Source: Psychrobacter sp. DM4
GTDB lineage: Bacteria > Pseudomonadota > Gammaproteobacteria > Pseudomonadales > Moraxellaceae
Length of the DNA: 32,000 nucleotides
Assembly (NCBI RefSeq): GCF_051307035.1
Contig: NZ_CP195536.1
Span: forward strand, 1,200,001-1,232,000
Reading direction: 5' to 3'
Shown piece by piece: positions 7,163 to 15,942 of the stretch (within the stretch, counting starts at the first letter, position 1; the number at the start of each line of letters is the position of its first letter). The notes under the pieces were generated by a model that made no database searches, was not told the origin of the DNA, and saw only the letters and a program-made list of their open reading frames with translations. Both the position numbers and the translations under genes were made by a program.

Positions 7163-8029
7163 TTAGTCTAAACTACGTTTGTTAGCTTCTGTGAAGATCT
7201 TTTCAATATTGCTCTTGCTGAGCTTTGGAGTCTCCTTAGCAGTGATGTGATCAACTATTTCACTTTGATTAACAAAATTGATTTTGTTCTTTTTCTCAGT
7301 AGATAAAACTTTGGACTCTTGGTCTAATCCCAATATTATATCCTTAAGAGCGAATATAAGACGATAGGCGCTGTCCTTCACATCATTTAGATTTTCAGTA
7401 GGTTCTTGAAGTTGAGTAGCTCGCAGATCTCTCTTTAATCTATCGACTTCTACCTCTAATAGGTTTCTACCACGTTTTAAACGTTCAATATGCTCTCTAG
7501 CTTCTTCAAGTTCATTTTCTAAATAATCGTTTCTTTGCTTGTTTTTATATTCACTGACTATATCTAGTAATTCTTCTTTATCAAAAACTATTTCGCATTT
7601 CAAACCAGTTTTTAGGTGTTTTTCATTTATCTTGTCATTTATATTATATAAACAATAACCTAATGAAAGATCCTTATTTTTTAGATTTTCATTACTAATA
7701 CTATAGATCTTAATTTTTTGAGCTACAGGATTTCCAACTCCTAAGATAGCTTCAAGACAAAATTCTGAAAGGAATATGTTTTCGTTAGATAACTTAAATA
7801 TACCCGAAACATAAAACTCTTCTTCAAAGAGTTTGAAGACATAGTCAATACCTCTCAAAACTGTTCCATTTTTAGTAAGGTGGGCAGCACCTTTGTAGTC
7901 AAGATAGGGGGTCAATTGACCAGATTCTATTCTTCTATACACTTCAGTGTCACTTATGCTTTTATCTATCATATCTTTGAAAAGTGCAACAGAGTCTTTA
8001 AAATTATAAAAATCACTACTTTTTAACAT
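7163..8029 (-). CDS. Hypothetical protein, 288 aa, very AT-rich, with a central coiled-coil-like segment
   Basis: Clean ORF between int and alpA on the same strand. I recognised no family. It contains a charged heptad-like stretch NELEEAREHIERLKRGRNLLEVEVDRLKRDLRATQLQ. Confidence 0.7.
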   Translation of the reverse strand: MLKSSDFYNFKDSVALFKDMIDKSISDTEVYRRIESGQLTPYLDYKGAAHLTKNGTVLRGIDYVFKLFEEEFYVSGIFKLSNENIFLSEFCLEAILGVGNPVAQKIKIYSISNENLKNKDLSLGYCLYNINDKINEKHLKTGLKCEIVFDKEELLDIVSEYKNKQRNDYLENELEEAREHIERLKRGRNLLEVEVDRLKRDLRATQLQEPTENLNDVKDSAYRLIFALKDIILGLDQESKVLSTEKKNKINFVNQSEIVDHITAKETPKLSKSNIEKIFTEANKRSLD

Positions 8030-8111
8030 AAAAATTGCTCTATAAGTTGAAATAAAATAAATTTTTTGATAAAAATTGCTCTATAAGTTGAAATAAAATA
8101 AATTTTTTGAT
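8030..8111. repeat. Perfect 41-bp tandem duplication (2 copies plus a 6-bp partial third) filling the int-orphan intergenic region
   Basis: 8030-8070 and 8071-8111 are identical (AAAAATTGCTCTATAAGTTGAAATAAAATAAATTTTTTGAT). AAAAAT follows at 8112-8117. Confidence 0.95.
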
Positions 8112-8116
8112 AAAAA

Positions 8117-9307
8117 TCAATAACCTTTTCGAAAACTATTATCTATAAAATCTGCCCACGCATTCATCATATCTCGACGATAATCTAAATGTTGGGCACC
8201 GTTATATGCTTTACTAATTTTGTTCTCTTGCTCATGGGCGAGTTGTAGCTCTATAGCCTCATGCATATAGCCCTGTTCGTGAAGGGTGGTGCTTGCCAGC
8301 CCTCGGAAACCATGCCCCGTCATTTTGTATTTATAACCCATCTGATAAAGCACGTTAATAAAAGCATTTTGGCTGTAAGGTTTGCGAGTTGAAGGGTTGT
8401 AGAATACGTACTGCTCTGAAAAATTCAGCTCTTTAATTTGTTGTAATATATCTATGACCTGCGGTGCAAGAGGCACAATGTGAGGTCTATCCATCTTCAT
8501 TTTGTCTGCAGGTATACGCCAAATTTTATCCTTCCAGTCGATTTCTGACCATTCCATAAATCTGATCTCATTAGTTCGTACAAAGGTATAGCATAAGAAC
8601 CATAGACCTAGTTTGACTGGGATATGGCCAGTGTAGTCATTGATATCTTGTAAAAGTTTTGGTAACTCTTTTGACGTAATACGGCTGTGATTTTTAGTCT
8701 TATGCGGTTTGATTGCCGCTGATAAATCTGCCGCAGGATTTGATGTTGCTATACCTATGCGAATAGCATGTTTAAATATCTGTCCAACCTCTGCCATTAT
8801 ACGTCGCGCCATTTCATTAGCGCCACGAGCCTCGACATTCTTACCAATCTTCAAAATATCAGGTGGGGTAATATCATCAATTAGTTTATGACCAATAATC
8901 GGTTTAACGTCACGCATATAGGCTGAATAATTACGACTAAACGTACTTGAGGCTAAAAAGGTCTTGCGATCCGCATACCAAGCTTGTGCAATAGTATCAA
9001 AAAGTCTTAAACCGTCTTGTTCAGCAGCTTTCTCTTTTTTCTTATCCTTCGGGTTAATACCTTCACTAATTAACTGTTTTATTTCTAGGTTACGCTGGCG
9101 TGCTTGTTGTAATGTGATTAGTGGATACTTGCCCAAAGTGAGTGATTGCTGTTTACCTTGCCAGCGGTAAGCACTGACCCAGACTTTGTTTCCCGTATGT
9201 CTTACCCACAGTTGAAGGCCATCGCCATCGCTATGCTTGTCAGGGCGGCTAGGGGTGCATTTTTCACTTGGTGTTAATTTATTGATAATCGTATGAGTTA
9301 ATGTCAT
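8117..9307 (-). CDS. int: P4-type (DUF4102 arm-binding N-terminus) tyrosine integrase
   Basis: The N-terminus GDGLQLWVRHTGNKVWVSAYRWQGKQQSLTLGKYPLITLQQAR is typical of P4/CP4-57-type integrases. The C-terminal part has TFVRTNEIRFMEW (Arg), HGFRGLAST (HxxR) and LAHEQENKISKAYNGAQHL (His...Tyr). It lies adjacent to a tRNA 3' end. Confidence 0.93.
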   Translation of the reverse strand: MTLTHTIINKLTPSEKCTPSRPDKHSDGDGLQLWVRHTGNKVWVSAYRWQGKQQSLTLGKYPLITLQQARQRNLEIKQLISEGINPKDKKKEKAAEQDGLRLFDTIAQAWYADRKTFLASSTFSRNYSAYMRDVKPIIGHKLIDDITPPDILKIGKNVEARGANEMARRIMAEVGQIFKHAIRIGIATSNPAADLSAAIKPHKTKNHSRITSKELPKLLQDINDYTGHIPVKLGLWFLCYTFVRTNEIRFMEWSEIDWKDKIWRIPADKMKMDRPHIVPLAPQVIDILQQIKELNFSEQYVFYNPSTRKPYSQNAFINVLYQMGYKYKMTGHGFRGLASTTLHEQGYMHEAIELQLAHEQENKISKAYNGAQHLDYRRDMMNAWADFIDNSFRKGY

Positions 9308-9308
9308 G

Positions 9309-9382
9309 TTGGTATATCTCCGCGTTGGTATAATCTATACCAACAAATATACCAATATTCTATATGGTTCGCCATATACCAA
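9309..9382. promoter_or_regulatory. Cluster of five 8-bp TTGGTATA / TATACCAA motifs between int and the tRNA. Candidate integrase arm-type sites or an int operator.
   Basis: TTGGTATA occurs at 9309-9316 and 9325-9332. TATACCAA occurs at 9336-9343, 9348-9355 and 9375-9382. Copies 2 and 3 form the perfect palindrome TTGGTATAatcTATACCAA. Confidence 0.45.
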
Positions 9383-9410
9383 GGTATTCTTAAATCTGCC
9401 GAAACCCCAT

Positions 9411-9445
9411 AAAAAAAGGCTTGCCGCATCGCTGCGAACAAGCCT
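9411..9445 (-). terminator. Rho-independent terminator downstream of the tRNA
   Basis: On the minus strand, AGGCTTG...CAAGCC(T) forms a 7-bp stem with additional inner GCA/TGC pairs. It is followed by a T7 run. Confidence 0.7.
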
Positions 9446-9468
9446 GATTTCTTTATGTACTATAAATA

Positions 9469-9545
9469 TGGTGGGCCCAGTAGGACTTGAACCTACGACC
9501 GAACGATTATGAGTCGTGCGCTCTAACCAACTGAGCTATGGGCCC
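9469..9545 (-). tRNA. tRNA with a CAT anticodon, probably tRNA-Ile2 (lysidine type) rather than elongator Met
   Basis: The reverse complement folds as a cloverleaf: GGGCCCA TA GCTC AGTTGGTTA GAGC G CACGA CTCATAA TCGTT CGGTC GTAGG TTCAAGT CCTAC TGGGCCC ACCA. The anticodon arm, variable region and C4/C5 in the acceptor stem resemble E. coli ileX as I remember it. Confidence 0.9.
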
Positions 9546-9561
9546 TAACGGTAGACGGATA

Positions 9562-9589
9562 ATGATACATCATTTTTTTAAATTTTCAA
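9562..9589 (-). promoter_or_regulatory. Candidate sigma70 promoter for the tRNA gene
   Basis: On the minus strand, TTGAAA (9589-9584), a 16-nt spacer and TATCAT (9567-9562) lie 16 nt upstream of the tRNA 5' end. Confidence 0.35.
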
Positions 9590-9645
9590 GTAAAAGATAG
9601 CAAGTTGCCCGCTTTGATTGACATATTTTCTTTATTCCATGAATC

Positions 9646-10455
9646 TTAGTCAGAGCCGCCTGCTAAAGTCAAACGGCGACCACCATCTACGTTGATCACT
9701 TCACCTGTGATATAGCTCGCTTTTGCCAAAAAGAGCACTGTATGTGCGATATCTTCAGGAGTGCCAATCCGCTGCATAGGAATAGAGTTAATAATGCGTC
9801 GTTGCTGCTGATGATCTATCGCTTGGTCGCTACTGTTATCCGGTAATATATTGACGCCAGGGGCGATACCATTGACTCTGACGTCAGGTGCAGCTTCTAA
9901 TGCTAAAGACTGTACCAGCATTTGATGCGCCGCCTTTGCCATATTGTAGACCGTATAATGCTCAAACGGTTTATCCTGAGCGTGGATGTCGAGTAGGCTA
10001 ATGATGCATCCTTGATATCTTTTGAGATAAGGTAGTAATGCTTGGCTTAGGAACAGGGGCGCTTTGGCATTACTTAAAAACAACTCATCCCAGTGGTTAT
10101 GATCTATAGTGCTAAGCGGAGTAGGATAGAAGCGCGATGCATTATGAACTAGTACATCGAGACGCCCAAAGGCATGTATTATTTTTTGTACAAACTGCTC
10201 AAGCAGATCAACATCATTTATGAGACTCAAGTCAGCAGCGATAACAGCGGCACTGTGCTCACGAGCAGTATTGAGCTTAGCTGCCAAAGCTTGTGCCTGT
10301 TGCACGCTTTGACGACAATGGATAATCACGCGGTAGCCTTGATAGTGCGCGGCTTGGATGATAGCAGCGCCAATACGTTTGGCACTACCCGTGACTAGCA
10401 TAACAGGCATTTCATCATTTTTTAAAGTGATAGTCTCAAAGGTAGTATCCATCAT
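9646..10455 (-). CDS. Short-chain dehydrogenase/reductase, pteridine reductase (FolM/PTR1)-like
   Basis: It has a VTGSAKRIG cofactor-binding motif, NAS, YxxxK (YNMAKAA) and a C-terminal ITGEVINVDGGRRL. The start ATG overlaps the cca stop (ATGA). Confidence 0.8.
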   Translation of the reverse strand: MMDTTFETITLKNDEMPVMLVTGSAKRIGAAIIQAAHYQGYRVIIHCRQSVQQAQALAAKLNTAREHSAAVIAADLSLINDVDLLEQFVQKIIHAFGRLDVLVHNASRFYPTPLSTIDHNHWDELFLSNAKAPLFLSQALLPYLKRYQGCIISLLDIHAQDKPFEHYTVYNMAKAAHQMLVQSLALEAAPDVRVNGIAPGVNILPDNSSDQAIDHQQQRRIINSIPMQRIGTPEDIAHTVLFLAKASYITGEVINVDGGRRLTLAGGSD

Positions 10456-11615
10456 AGTGTTTGCAAGCGCTCTATACGCGCTTGGCGTAGCGCTTCTCCA
10501 ATTTTTGCACCCTTAAGATCAGGGTCGATATCTTGAATACCAACAGCATGGAAGCTACCCAGTGCTAACATCATTTGTCGATGATCTCTAGCTAATTGCA
10601 ACACGTGAGCAGTGACTAGTAATTGTGAGAGTTTAGCGGGATCCTTATGCGCGCTACAGGCTTGAATCAGATCAATCTTTTGCGCTGCACTCAGCTCGTT
10701 TACTCCACTCAACTTATCGTTTTGAGTTATAAAGAGACTAGCGAATTGAGTGAGTGCTTTGGGGACTTTTGCACTATTGCCTATAGCAACGATGTCTTGC
10801 GTAGCAGTTGTGGTATCTGACTTGGCATCAAACATCTGGGGAGCAAGACTGCTCATTAGTAATGCCCAGCGCTGTGAGAGATTAAGCTGCATTTGCGCGG
10901 CAAAATATAGTGTAGTTTGCACTGTTTCTCCTATATGCCCATTGCTCCAAGCCTCATTTAGAGGTACAAAGTAATGAGTCAGCGCGCCAAGCTCAAACAG
11001 TTGCTGCCAATAGACATGAGGCGAGGTTTGCATCGTAGCGCGGCTCGACTCCTGCCAGATACGCTCCGCACTTAGATGCTCAAGCTCACCTGATACGATT
11101 AGTTGCTTCATTAGGACTAACGTCTCGCTAGCAATGGTAAAACCAGAGTCAAAGTACCGACTATAAAAACGAGCGACGCGAAGCACACGCAAAGGATCTT
11201 CGCTAAAGGCTTTTGAGACATGGCGCAGAATCTTGTCCTTGATATCATTCAGACCGCCATAATAGTCAACGACATCTCCTGTAAGAGGAGTGTCATCAAA
11301 TAGGCTAACTACTTGTATAGCCATAGCATTGACGGTTAGATCTCGGCGCTGTAAATCATCTCTGAGCGTGACATCGGGGCTGGCATGAACGCTAAAGCCT
11401 TGATAACCGTGACCTTGCTTGCGCTCAGTACGGGCAAGGGCATATTCTTGCTGACTGACAGGATGCAAAAACACAGGAAAATCAGCACCGACTTGCAAAA
11501 ACCCAGCAGCGAGCATCTCATCAGTAGTGGCGCCAACTACGACAAAGTCTTTGTCTTTGATAGGGCGTCCTAGTAGTTGATCACGTACCGCACCGCCAAC
11601 CAGATAAACTTGCAT
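10452..11615 (-). CDS. cca: CCA-adding tRNA nucleotidyltransferase
   Basis: MQVYLVGGAVRDQLLGRPIKDKDFVVVG...FPVFLHP...EYALARTERK closely parallels E. coli Cca. The start was moved to the ATG at 11615, which has a GGGAGG RBS. The longer track ORF would run through the maeB terminator. Confidence 0.93.
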   Translation of the reverse strand: MQVYLVGGAVRDQLLGRPIKDKDFVVVGATTDEMLAAGFLQVGADFPVFLHPVSQQEYALARTERKQGHGYQGFSVHASPDVTLRDDLQRRDLTVNAMAIQVVSLFDDTPLTGDVVDYYGGLNDIKDKILRHVSKAFSEDPLRVLRVARFYSRYFDSGFTIASETLVLMKQLIVSGELEHLSAERIWQESSRATMQTSPHVYWQQLFELGALTHYFVPLNEAWSNGHIGETVQTTLYFAAQMQLNLSQRWALLMSSLAPQMFDAKSDTTTATQDIVAIGNSAKVPKALTQFASLFITQNDKLSGVNELSAAQKIDLIQACSAHKDPAKLSQLLVTAHVLQLARDHRQMMLALGSFHAVGIQDIDPDLKGAKIGEALRQARIERLQTL

Positions 11616-11639
11616 AACAACCTCCCAATATATAGGTAC

Positions 11640-11678
11640 AAAAAAACCAGTCAATACCGCATGAGCATTGACTGGTTT
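11640..11678 (-). terminator. Rho-independent terminator after maeB
   Basis: AACCAGTCAAT / ATTGACTGGTT forms a stem of 10-12 bp, followed on the minus strand by a T6-7 run. Confidence 0.8.
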
Positions 11679-11731
11679 GAGTATAACAGACGCTGACTTT
11701 GGAACGTCATTAGCGTCTATTAAAGTGGAGA

Positions 11732-14044
11732 TTATAGCGCTTTTTGCTCATCTTCTAAGTCTATAGCTTCTGTGACCGCAAGAGCCGTCATATTAACGAT
11801 ACGACGTGCCGTCGCTGAGGGCGTCAAGATGTGCACAGGCTTGTTAGCACCCAACAAGATAGGACCGATTGAGGCGCTACTGGTTGCGGTTTTTAGCAAA
11901 TTAAAGGCGATGTTCGAAGCATCAAGCGTTGGCAAAATTAGCAGATTGGCAGAACCCTTTAGCGGGCTTGATGGCATGTCTTCAAAACGGATATTTTCAT
12001 CTAGAGCTGCATCACCTTGCATCTCGCCTTCAAATTCAAAGTCGACATTCATATCGGTCAAAATCTGATAGACCTTACGCATCTTCACAGCGCTTGCACG
12101 GTCTGAGGCACCAAAATTAGAATGCGAAACGAGAGCTACTCTTGGCGTGATACCAAAGCGATGCAATTGATCTACTGCCAAAATAGTCATCTCAGCCAAT
12201 TGCTCTGCTGTCGGATCTTCATGAATATAGGTATCTGCGATAAAGATATTGCGGTTTTGCATAAGAATCACGTTCATCGCATAAAAATCACTGACCCCTT
12301 CTTTTTTACCGATCACGCTCTGTACATAATCTAGGTGCAACTGATAATGGCTAAAGGTACCACAAATCATACCGTCTGCGTCACCATTGTTCACCAGTAG
12401 AGAACCAATCAGCGTAGTCTTGCGGCGGACATCACGGCGGGCAAGCTCGATACTAACGCCGCGGCGCTTGTTTTGCTCATAATAGCCCTGCCAGTAGTCT
12501 TTGTAGCGCGGGTCATCGTCTGGATTGACGATGGACATGTTGACACCATCTTTTAGACGTAGGCCAAGTTTTTCGATATTGTTCTCGATGACGGAGGGGC
12601 GACCCACCAAGATAGGCTGAGCCAAGTTTTCATCGACCACGACCTGAACCGCCAACAGTACGTTTCTGTCTTCACCTTCACAATAGACAATACGTTTAGG
12701 GTCAGTTTTTGCACGAGCAAAGATAGGCTTCATCACGAACGCTGAGTTGTATACAAACTCTGATAAACGCTGACGATAAGCATTAAAATCTTTGATAGGT
12801 AAAGTGGCAACACCAGAGTCCATCGCCGCTTGTGCAACAGCAGGTGCAATCTCAATAATTAGATTAGGCTCCAAAGCGCCTGGAATGAGATAGTCGCGAC
12901 CGAAACGCTTGATATTATCGATGCTTTTGACATTGCTCATTGGGGTCGCTTCAACGTGCGCCATAGCAGCGATAGCACGTACGCAAGCAACCTTCATCTC
13001 TTCATTGACAGTAGTCGCACCAACATCTAGTGCGCCGCGGAATATATAAGGAAAGCATAGCGCATTGTTGACTTGGTTAGGATAGTCTGAGCGACCTGTC
13101 GCCATAATCACATCCGAGCGCACCGAATGCGCAAGCTCTGGCATGATCTCAGGCGTTGGATTGGCAAGGGCAAAAATAATAGGATCGCGTGCCATACGGC
13201 GTACCATATCAGGGCTCAAGATACCGGGCATCGATAGACCAATGAACATATCGACATCATCCATCACCTCATCAATAGTGGTGGCATCAGTCACGCGTGC
13301 ATAGCGCTGTTTTGACTCATCTAAATTCTCACGGCTAGTACTGATAATACCGCGTGAGTCAGAGACAAAGATATTATTCACATTCACGCCAAGTGCGGTA
13401 ATGATATCTAAGCAAGAGATGGCAGCTGCGCCTGCGCCTGAACAAACAATCTTGATGTCCTCAATTTTTTTCTCAGTGAGTAGTAGTGCATTGAGCATAG
13501 CGGCTGCAAGGATGATCGAGGTGCCGTGTTGATCATCATGGAACACAGGAATATTCATGCGCTTACGCAGTTCACGCTCAATCTTGAAGCACTCTGGTGC
13601 TTTGATGTCTTCTAAATTAATACCACCAAAAGTAGGCTCAAGCGACGCTACAGCTTCGATGAACTTATCGGGATCATTCTGTGCAATCTCGAGATCAAAA
13701 ACATCAATACCCGCAAACTTTTTGAACAACACCCCTTTACCTTCCATAACAGGCTTGGACGCTAGAGGACCAATATTACCTAGACCAAGTACCGCGGTAC
13801 CGTTGGTGATGACGCCGACCAGATTGCTACGAGCAGTGTATTTCGCAGCTAGAGTAGGGTCTTTTTCAATCTCAAGACAAGGAACAGCAACACCTGGCGA
13901 ATAAGCCAGTGCTAGATCGCGCTGGTTTGCTAATTGTTTGATAGGGGTGACGGATATTTTACCAGGTCTTGGAAACTCGTGGTAATGAAGCGCCGCTTGT
14001 TCAAACTGCTGTTGTTCCGTGTCTATTTGGATATCGTCTTTCAT
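11732..14044 (-). CDS. maeB: NADP-dependent malic enzyme with a C-terminal phosphotransacetylase-like domain
   Basis: [44 protein letters not shown] matches MaeB. The length (770 aa) and the PTA-like C-terminal half also fit. Confidence 0.95.
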   Translation of the reverse strand: MKDDIQIDTEQQQFEQAALHYHEFPRPGKISVTPIKQLANQRDLALAYSPGVAVPCLEIEKDPTLAAKYTARSNLVGVITNGTAVLGLGNIGPLASKPVMEGKGVLFKKFAGIDVFDLEIAQNDPDKFIEAVASLEPTFGGINLEDIKAPECFKIERELRKRMNIPVFHDDQHGTSIILAAAMLNALLLTEKKIEDIKIVCSGAGAAAISCLDIITALGVNVNNIFVSDSRGIISTSRENLDESKQRYARVTDATTIDEVMDDVDMFIGLSMPGILSPDMVRRMARDPIIFALANPTPEIMPELAHSVRSDVIMATGRSDYPNQVNNALCFPYIFRGALDVGATTVNEEMKVACVRAIAAMAHVEATPMSNVKSIDNIKRFGRDYLIPGALEPNLIIEIAPAVAQAAMDSGVATLPIKDFNAYRQRLSEFVYNSAFVMKPIFARAKTDPKRIVYCEGEDRNVLLAVQVVVDENLAQPILVGRPSVIENNIEKLGLRLKDGVNMSIVNPDDDPRYKDYWQGYYEQNKRRGVSIELARRDVRRKTTLIGSLLVNNGDADGMICGTFSHYQLHLDYVQSVIGKKEGVSDFYAMNVILMQNRNIFIADTYIHEDPTAEQLAEMTILAVDQLHRFGITPRVALVSHSNFGASDRASAVKMRKVYQILTDMNVDFEFEGEMQGDAALDENIRFEDMPSSPLKGSANLLILPTLDASNIAFNLLKTATSSASIGPILLGANKPVHILTPSATARRIVNMTALAVTEAIDLEDEQKAL

Positions 14045-14304
14045 AGTAATGGCCGTGGTTGTTATAAAAGGAAGTTAAAAAAGGGAAACACTATCTACCT
14101 AAAAGATATGGTAAAAAAAAATTATTTTGAGCAAAGCATCTAAAGCTTATACAGGTATGTATCATGCGCAGCATACAAAAAAGTTATTTTAGCATCAAAG
14201 TCAATTAACTGCCTAGTAAACGCCGATAAAAGTTATCACTCATAAGGCATGATAAAACATGAACTTTTTATCAGTAGCGTCATACGCTGTGCCTATCAGC
14301 AGAC

Positions 14305-15777
14305 TTATGACGAACAACTGATTGGCATTTGCGGCGCGTCGGGCGCTGGTGGAGTTGTATCCAAATCGGTGGCAATATCTTGTACTTTATAAGGACTGGT
14401 AAGTAACTCATACAAGCGTGCAACTTCATCAAATTGCCCTTGCTCGGCTGCTGTTATCGCACGCTGTGCCATGTCATTACGCAAGACATAAACTGGGTTG
14501 TTACCTTTTAGATCGTCTACTACTTGTTCTGTAGAACGCGCGAGCTGTGCCAAATAATCTAAATAACGTGATGACCAGTCTTGCCAAATAAGTAGCGCTT
14601 CGGCCGATAATTCAGCTTGCATGGTGTTAAGTAATATCGTCTCAAAAGGGTGATTGCTTGATGCGACTACTGCCAATAGAGCACGAAAGCTATTGGTATA
14701 ATCAAGAGTATTATCTTCAACAAAAGTCATAAATTCAAACGCGAGACTCAAGCTCTCAGAGCTATGTGGTATTCCTAATTTGCGGCATAGACCTTGTTGA
14801 TAGTGCTGCATAAAACTAGCTTCGTAAGGTGCTAAGCACTCAGCCAGCGTCTCGCGTGTTACCCCTTCTAGGTGCATAAAGTGCGGCAACCATACGTTGA
14901 GATTCCAGTGACCAATAGCGGGCTGGTTTTGGTAAGCATAGCGCCCCGTATGATCTGAGTGATTGTTGATCCAGCCTGGATTAAAACGCTCCATAAAGCC
15001 AAAAGGACCAAAATCTAGCGTACTACCCGTAATAGACAAGTTGTCAGTGTTCATAACGCCATGTGCAAAACCTATGAGTTGCCAGTCGGCAATCATACGA
15101 GCAGTACGCTTAACGACCGCCTGTAAGAACGCCGCTATCGGCTGGTCTTGCTCTCGGCACTCAGGGTAGTAAGTGTCAATCATATAGTCTGTAAACTCGC
15201 CCAATAACTCAGGGGCGTAACTGGTGATCCATTCGACATGACCCAAACGAATATGGCTATCTGCCACGCGCATCAATGCAGCACCAGCCTCCATGCGCTC
15301 ACGGCGTACAGGCGTCTCAGACACCACAAACCCTAAGGCGTTGGATGCCCGAACGCCAAGACCTCTAAAAGCATGACCACACAGATACTCACGTATAGTA
15401 CTACGCAGTACTGCGCGGCCATCGCCCATGCGGGAGTAAGGCGTTAGTCCAATGCCTTTTAGATGCAAGTCTTGTAATTGATCGTTGTCATCGAGCACTT
15501 GAGCCATGAGTAGTCCGCGACCATCGCCCAATTGTCCTGCCCATTGCCCAAACTGATGACCAGCATACGCCATAGCGAGTGGCTCAAAACCTTCTGGAAC
15601 ATAAATGCCACCGATAATCTCAACCCAGCGTGCCATCAACTCGTCATCGTTACTAAAGCCAAGTTGATCGGCAACTTGTTGATTAAAGTGACCTGGAGTA
15701 GGGTCTTTGAGTGGTGTTGGTGGTTGGCGATGATAAAGGCGTGGATCTAAAGTAATATAAGTATTTTGATAGCGCAT
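14305..15777 (-). CDS. selO: Protein adenylyltransferase SelO (YdiU/UPF0061 family)
   Basis: It carries AGHQFGQWAGQLGDGRGLL and HGVMNTDNLSITGSTLDFGPFGF motifs, characteristic of SelO/YdiU. Confidence 0.92.
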   Translation of the reverse strand: MRYQNTYITLDPRLYHRQPPTPLKDPTPGHFNQQVADQLGFSNDDELMARWVEIIGGIYVPEGFEPLAMAYAGHQFGQWAGQLGDGRGLLMAQVLDDNDQLQDLHLKGIGLTPYSRMGDGRAVLRSTIREYLCGHAFRGLGVRASNALGFVVSETPVRRERMEAGAALMRVADSHIRLGHVEWITSYAPELLGEFTDYMIDTYYPECREQDQPIAAFLQAVVKRTARMIADWQLIGFAHGVMNTDNLSITGSTLDFGPFGFMERFNPGWINNHSDHTGRYAYQNQPAIGHWNLNVWLPHFMHLEGVTRETLAECLAPYEASFMQHYQQGLCRKLGIPHSSESLSLAFEFMTFVEDNTLDYTNSFRALLAVVASSNHPFETILLNTMQAELSAEALLIWQDWSSRYLDYLAQLARSTEQVVDDLKGNNPVYVLRNDMAQRAITAAEQGQFDEVARLYELLTSPYKVQDIATDLDTTPPAPDAPQMPISCSS

Positions 15778-15868
15778 AAACAGGGTTCCTATTGGGACGA
15801 GCTAAGAAAGCTTGTGATACATCAGTACTATAGCATGACGATATATTACACTCACTAAAATCAAACGC

Positions 15869-15901
15869 AAAAAAATCCCCTTATCTATGGTAGATAAAGG
15901 G
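15869..15901 (-). terminator. Rho-independent terminator after the desaturase gene
   Basis: On the minus strand, CCCTTTATCTA-cca-TAGATAAGGGG forms an 11-bp stem with one G-U pair. It is followed by A and then a T7 run. Confidence 0.85.
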
Positions 15902-15942
15902 AAGGAGAAAACAATAAGTCAGTAGGTTTAGCGAGTAATCAT

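Larger units (their letters stand above)
1..9468. mobile_element. Partial tRNA-anchored integrative genomic island (int / orphan / alpA / primase-helicase-like / IS1 / large recombinase). The left boundary is outside the window.
   Basis: The integrase gene lies 161 bp from the 3' end of the tRNA(CAU) gene in the same orientation. The region carries mobile-element gene content. It is visibly more AT-rich than the flanking housekeeping genes, judged by eye on sampled lines. No repeat of the tRNA 3' end was found within 1-9468. Confidence 0.75.

Noticed and set aside
9306-9512. 68-aa ORF on the + strand
   Set aside because: It runs through the int promoter region, the tRNA terminator and into the tRNA gene itself, so it is not credible as coding.
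10174-14143. Short ORFs overlapping the SDR, cca and maeB genes (10174-10398, 10750-10974, 11336-11573, 11772-12334, 13557-13904, 13934-14143)
   Set aside because: All are antisense or out-of-frame inside well-supported conserved genes, or run into AT-rich promoter DNA. None has family resemblance.
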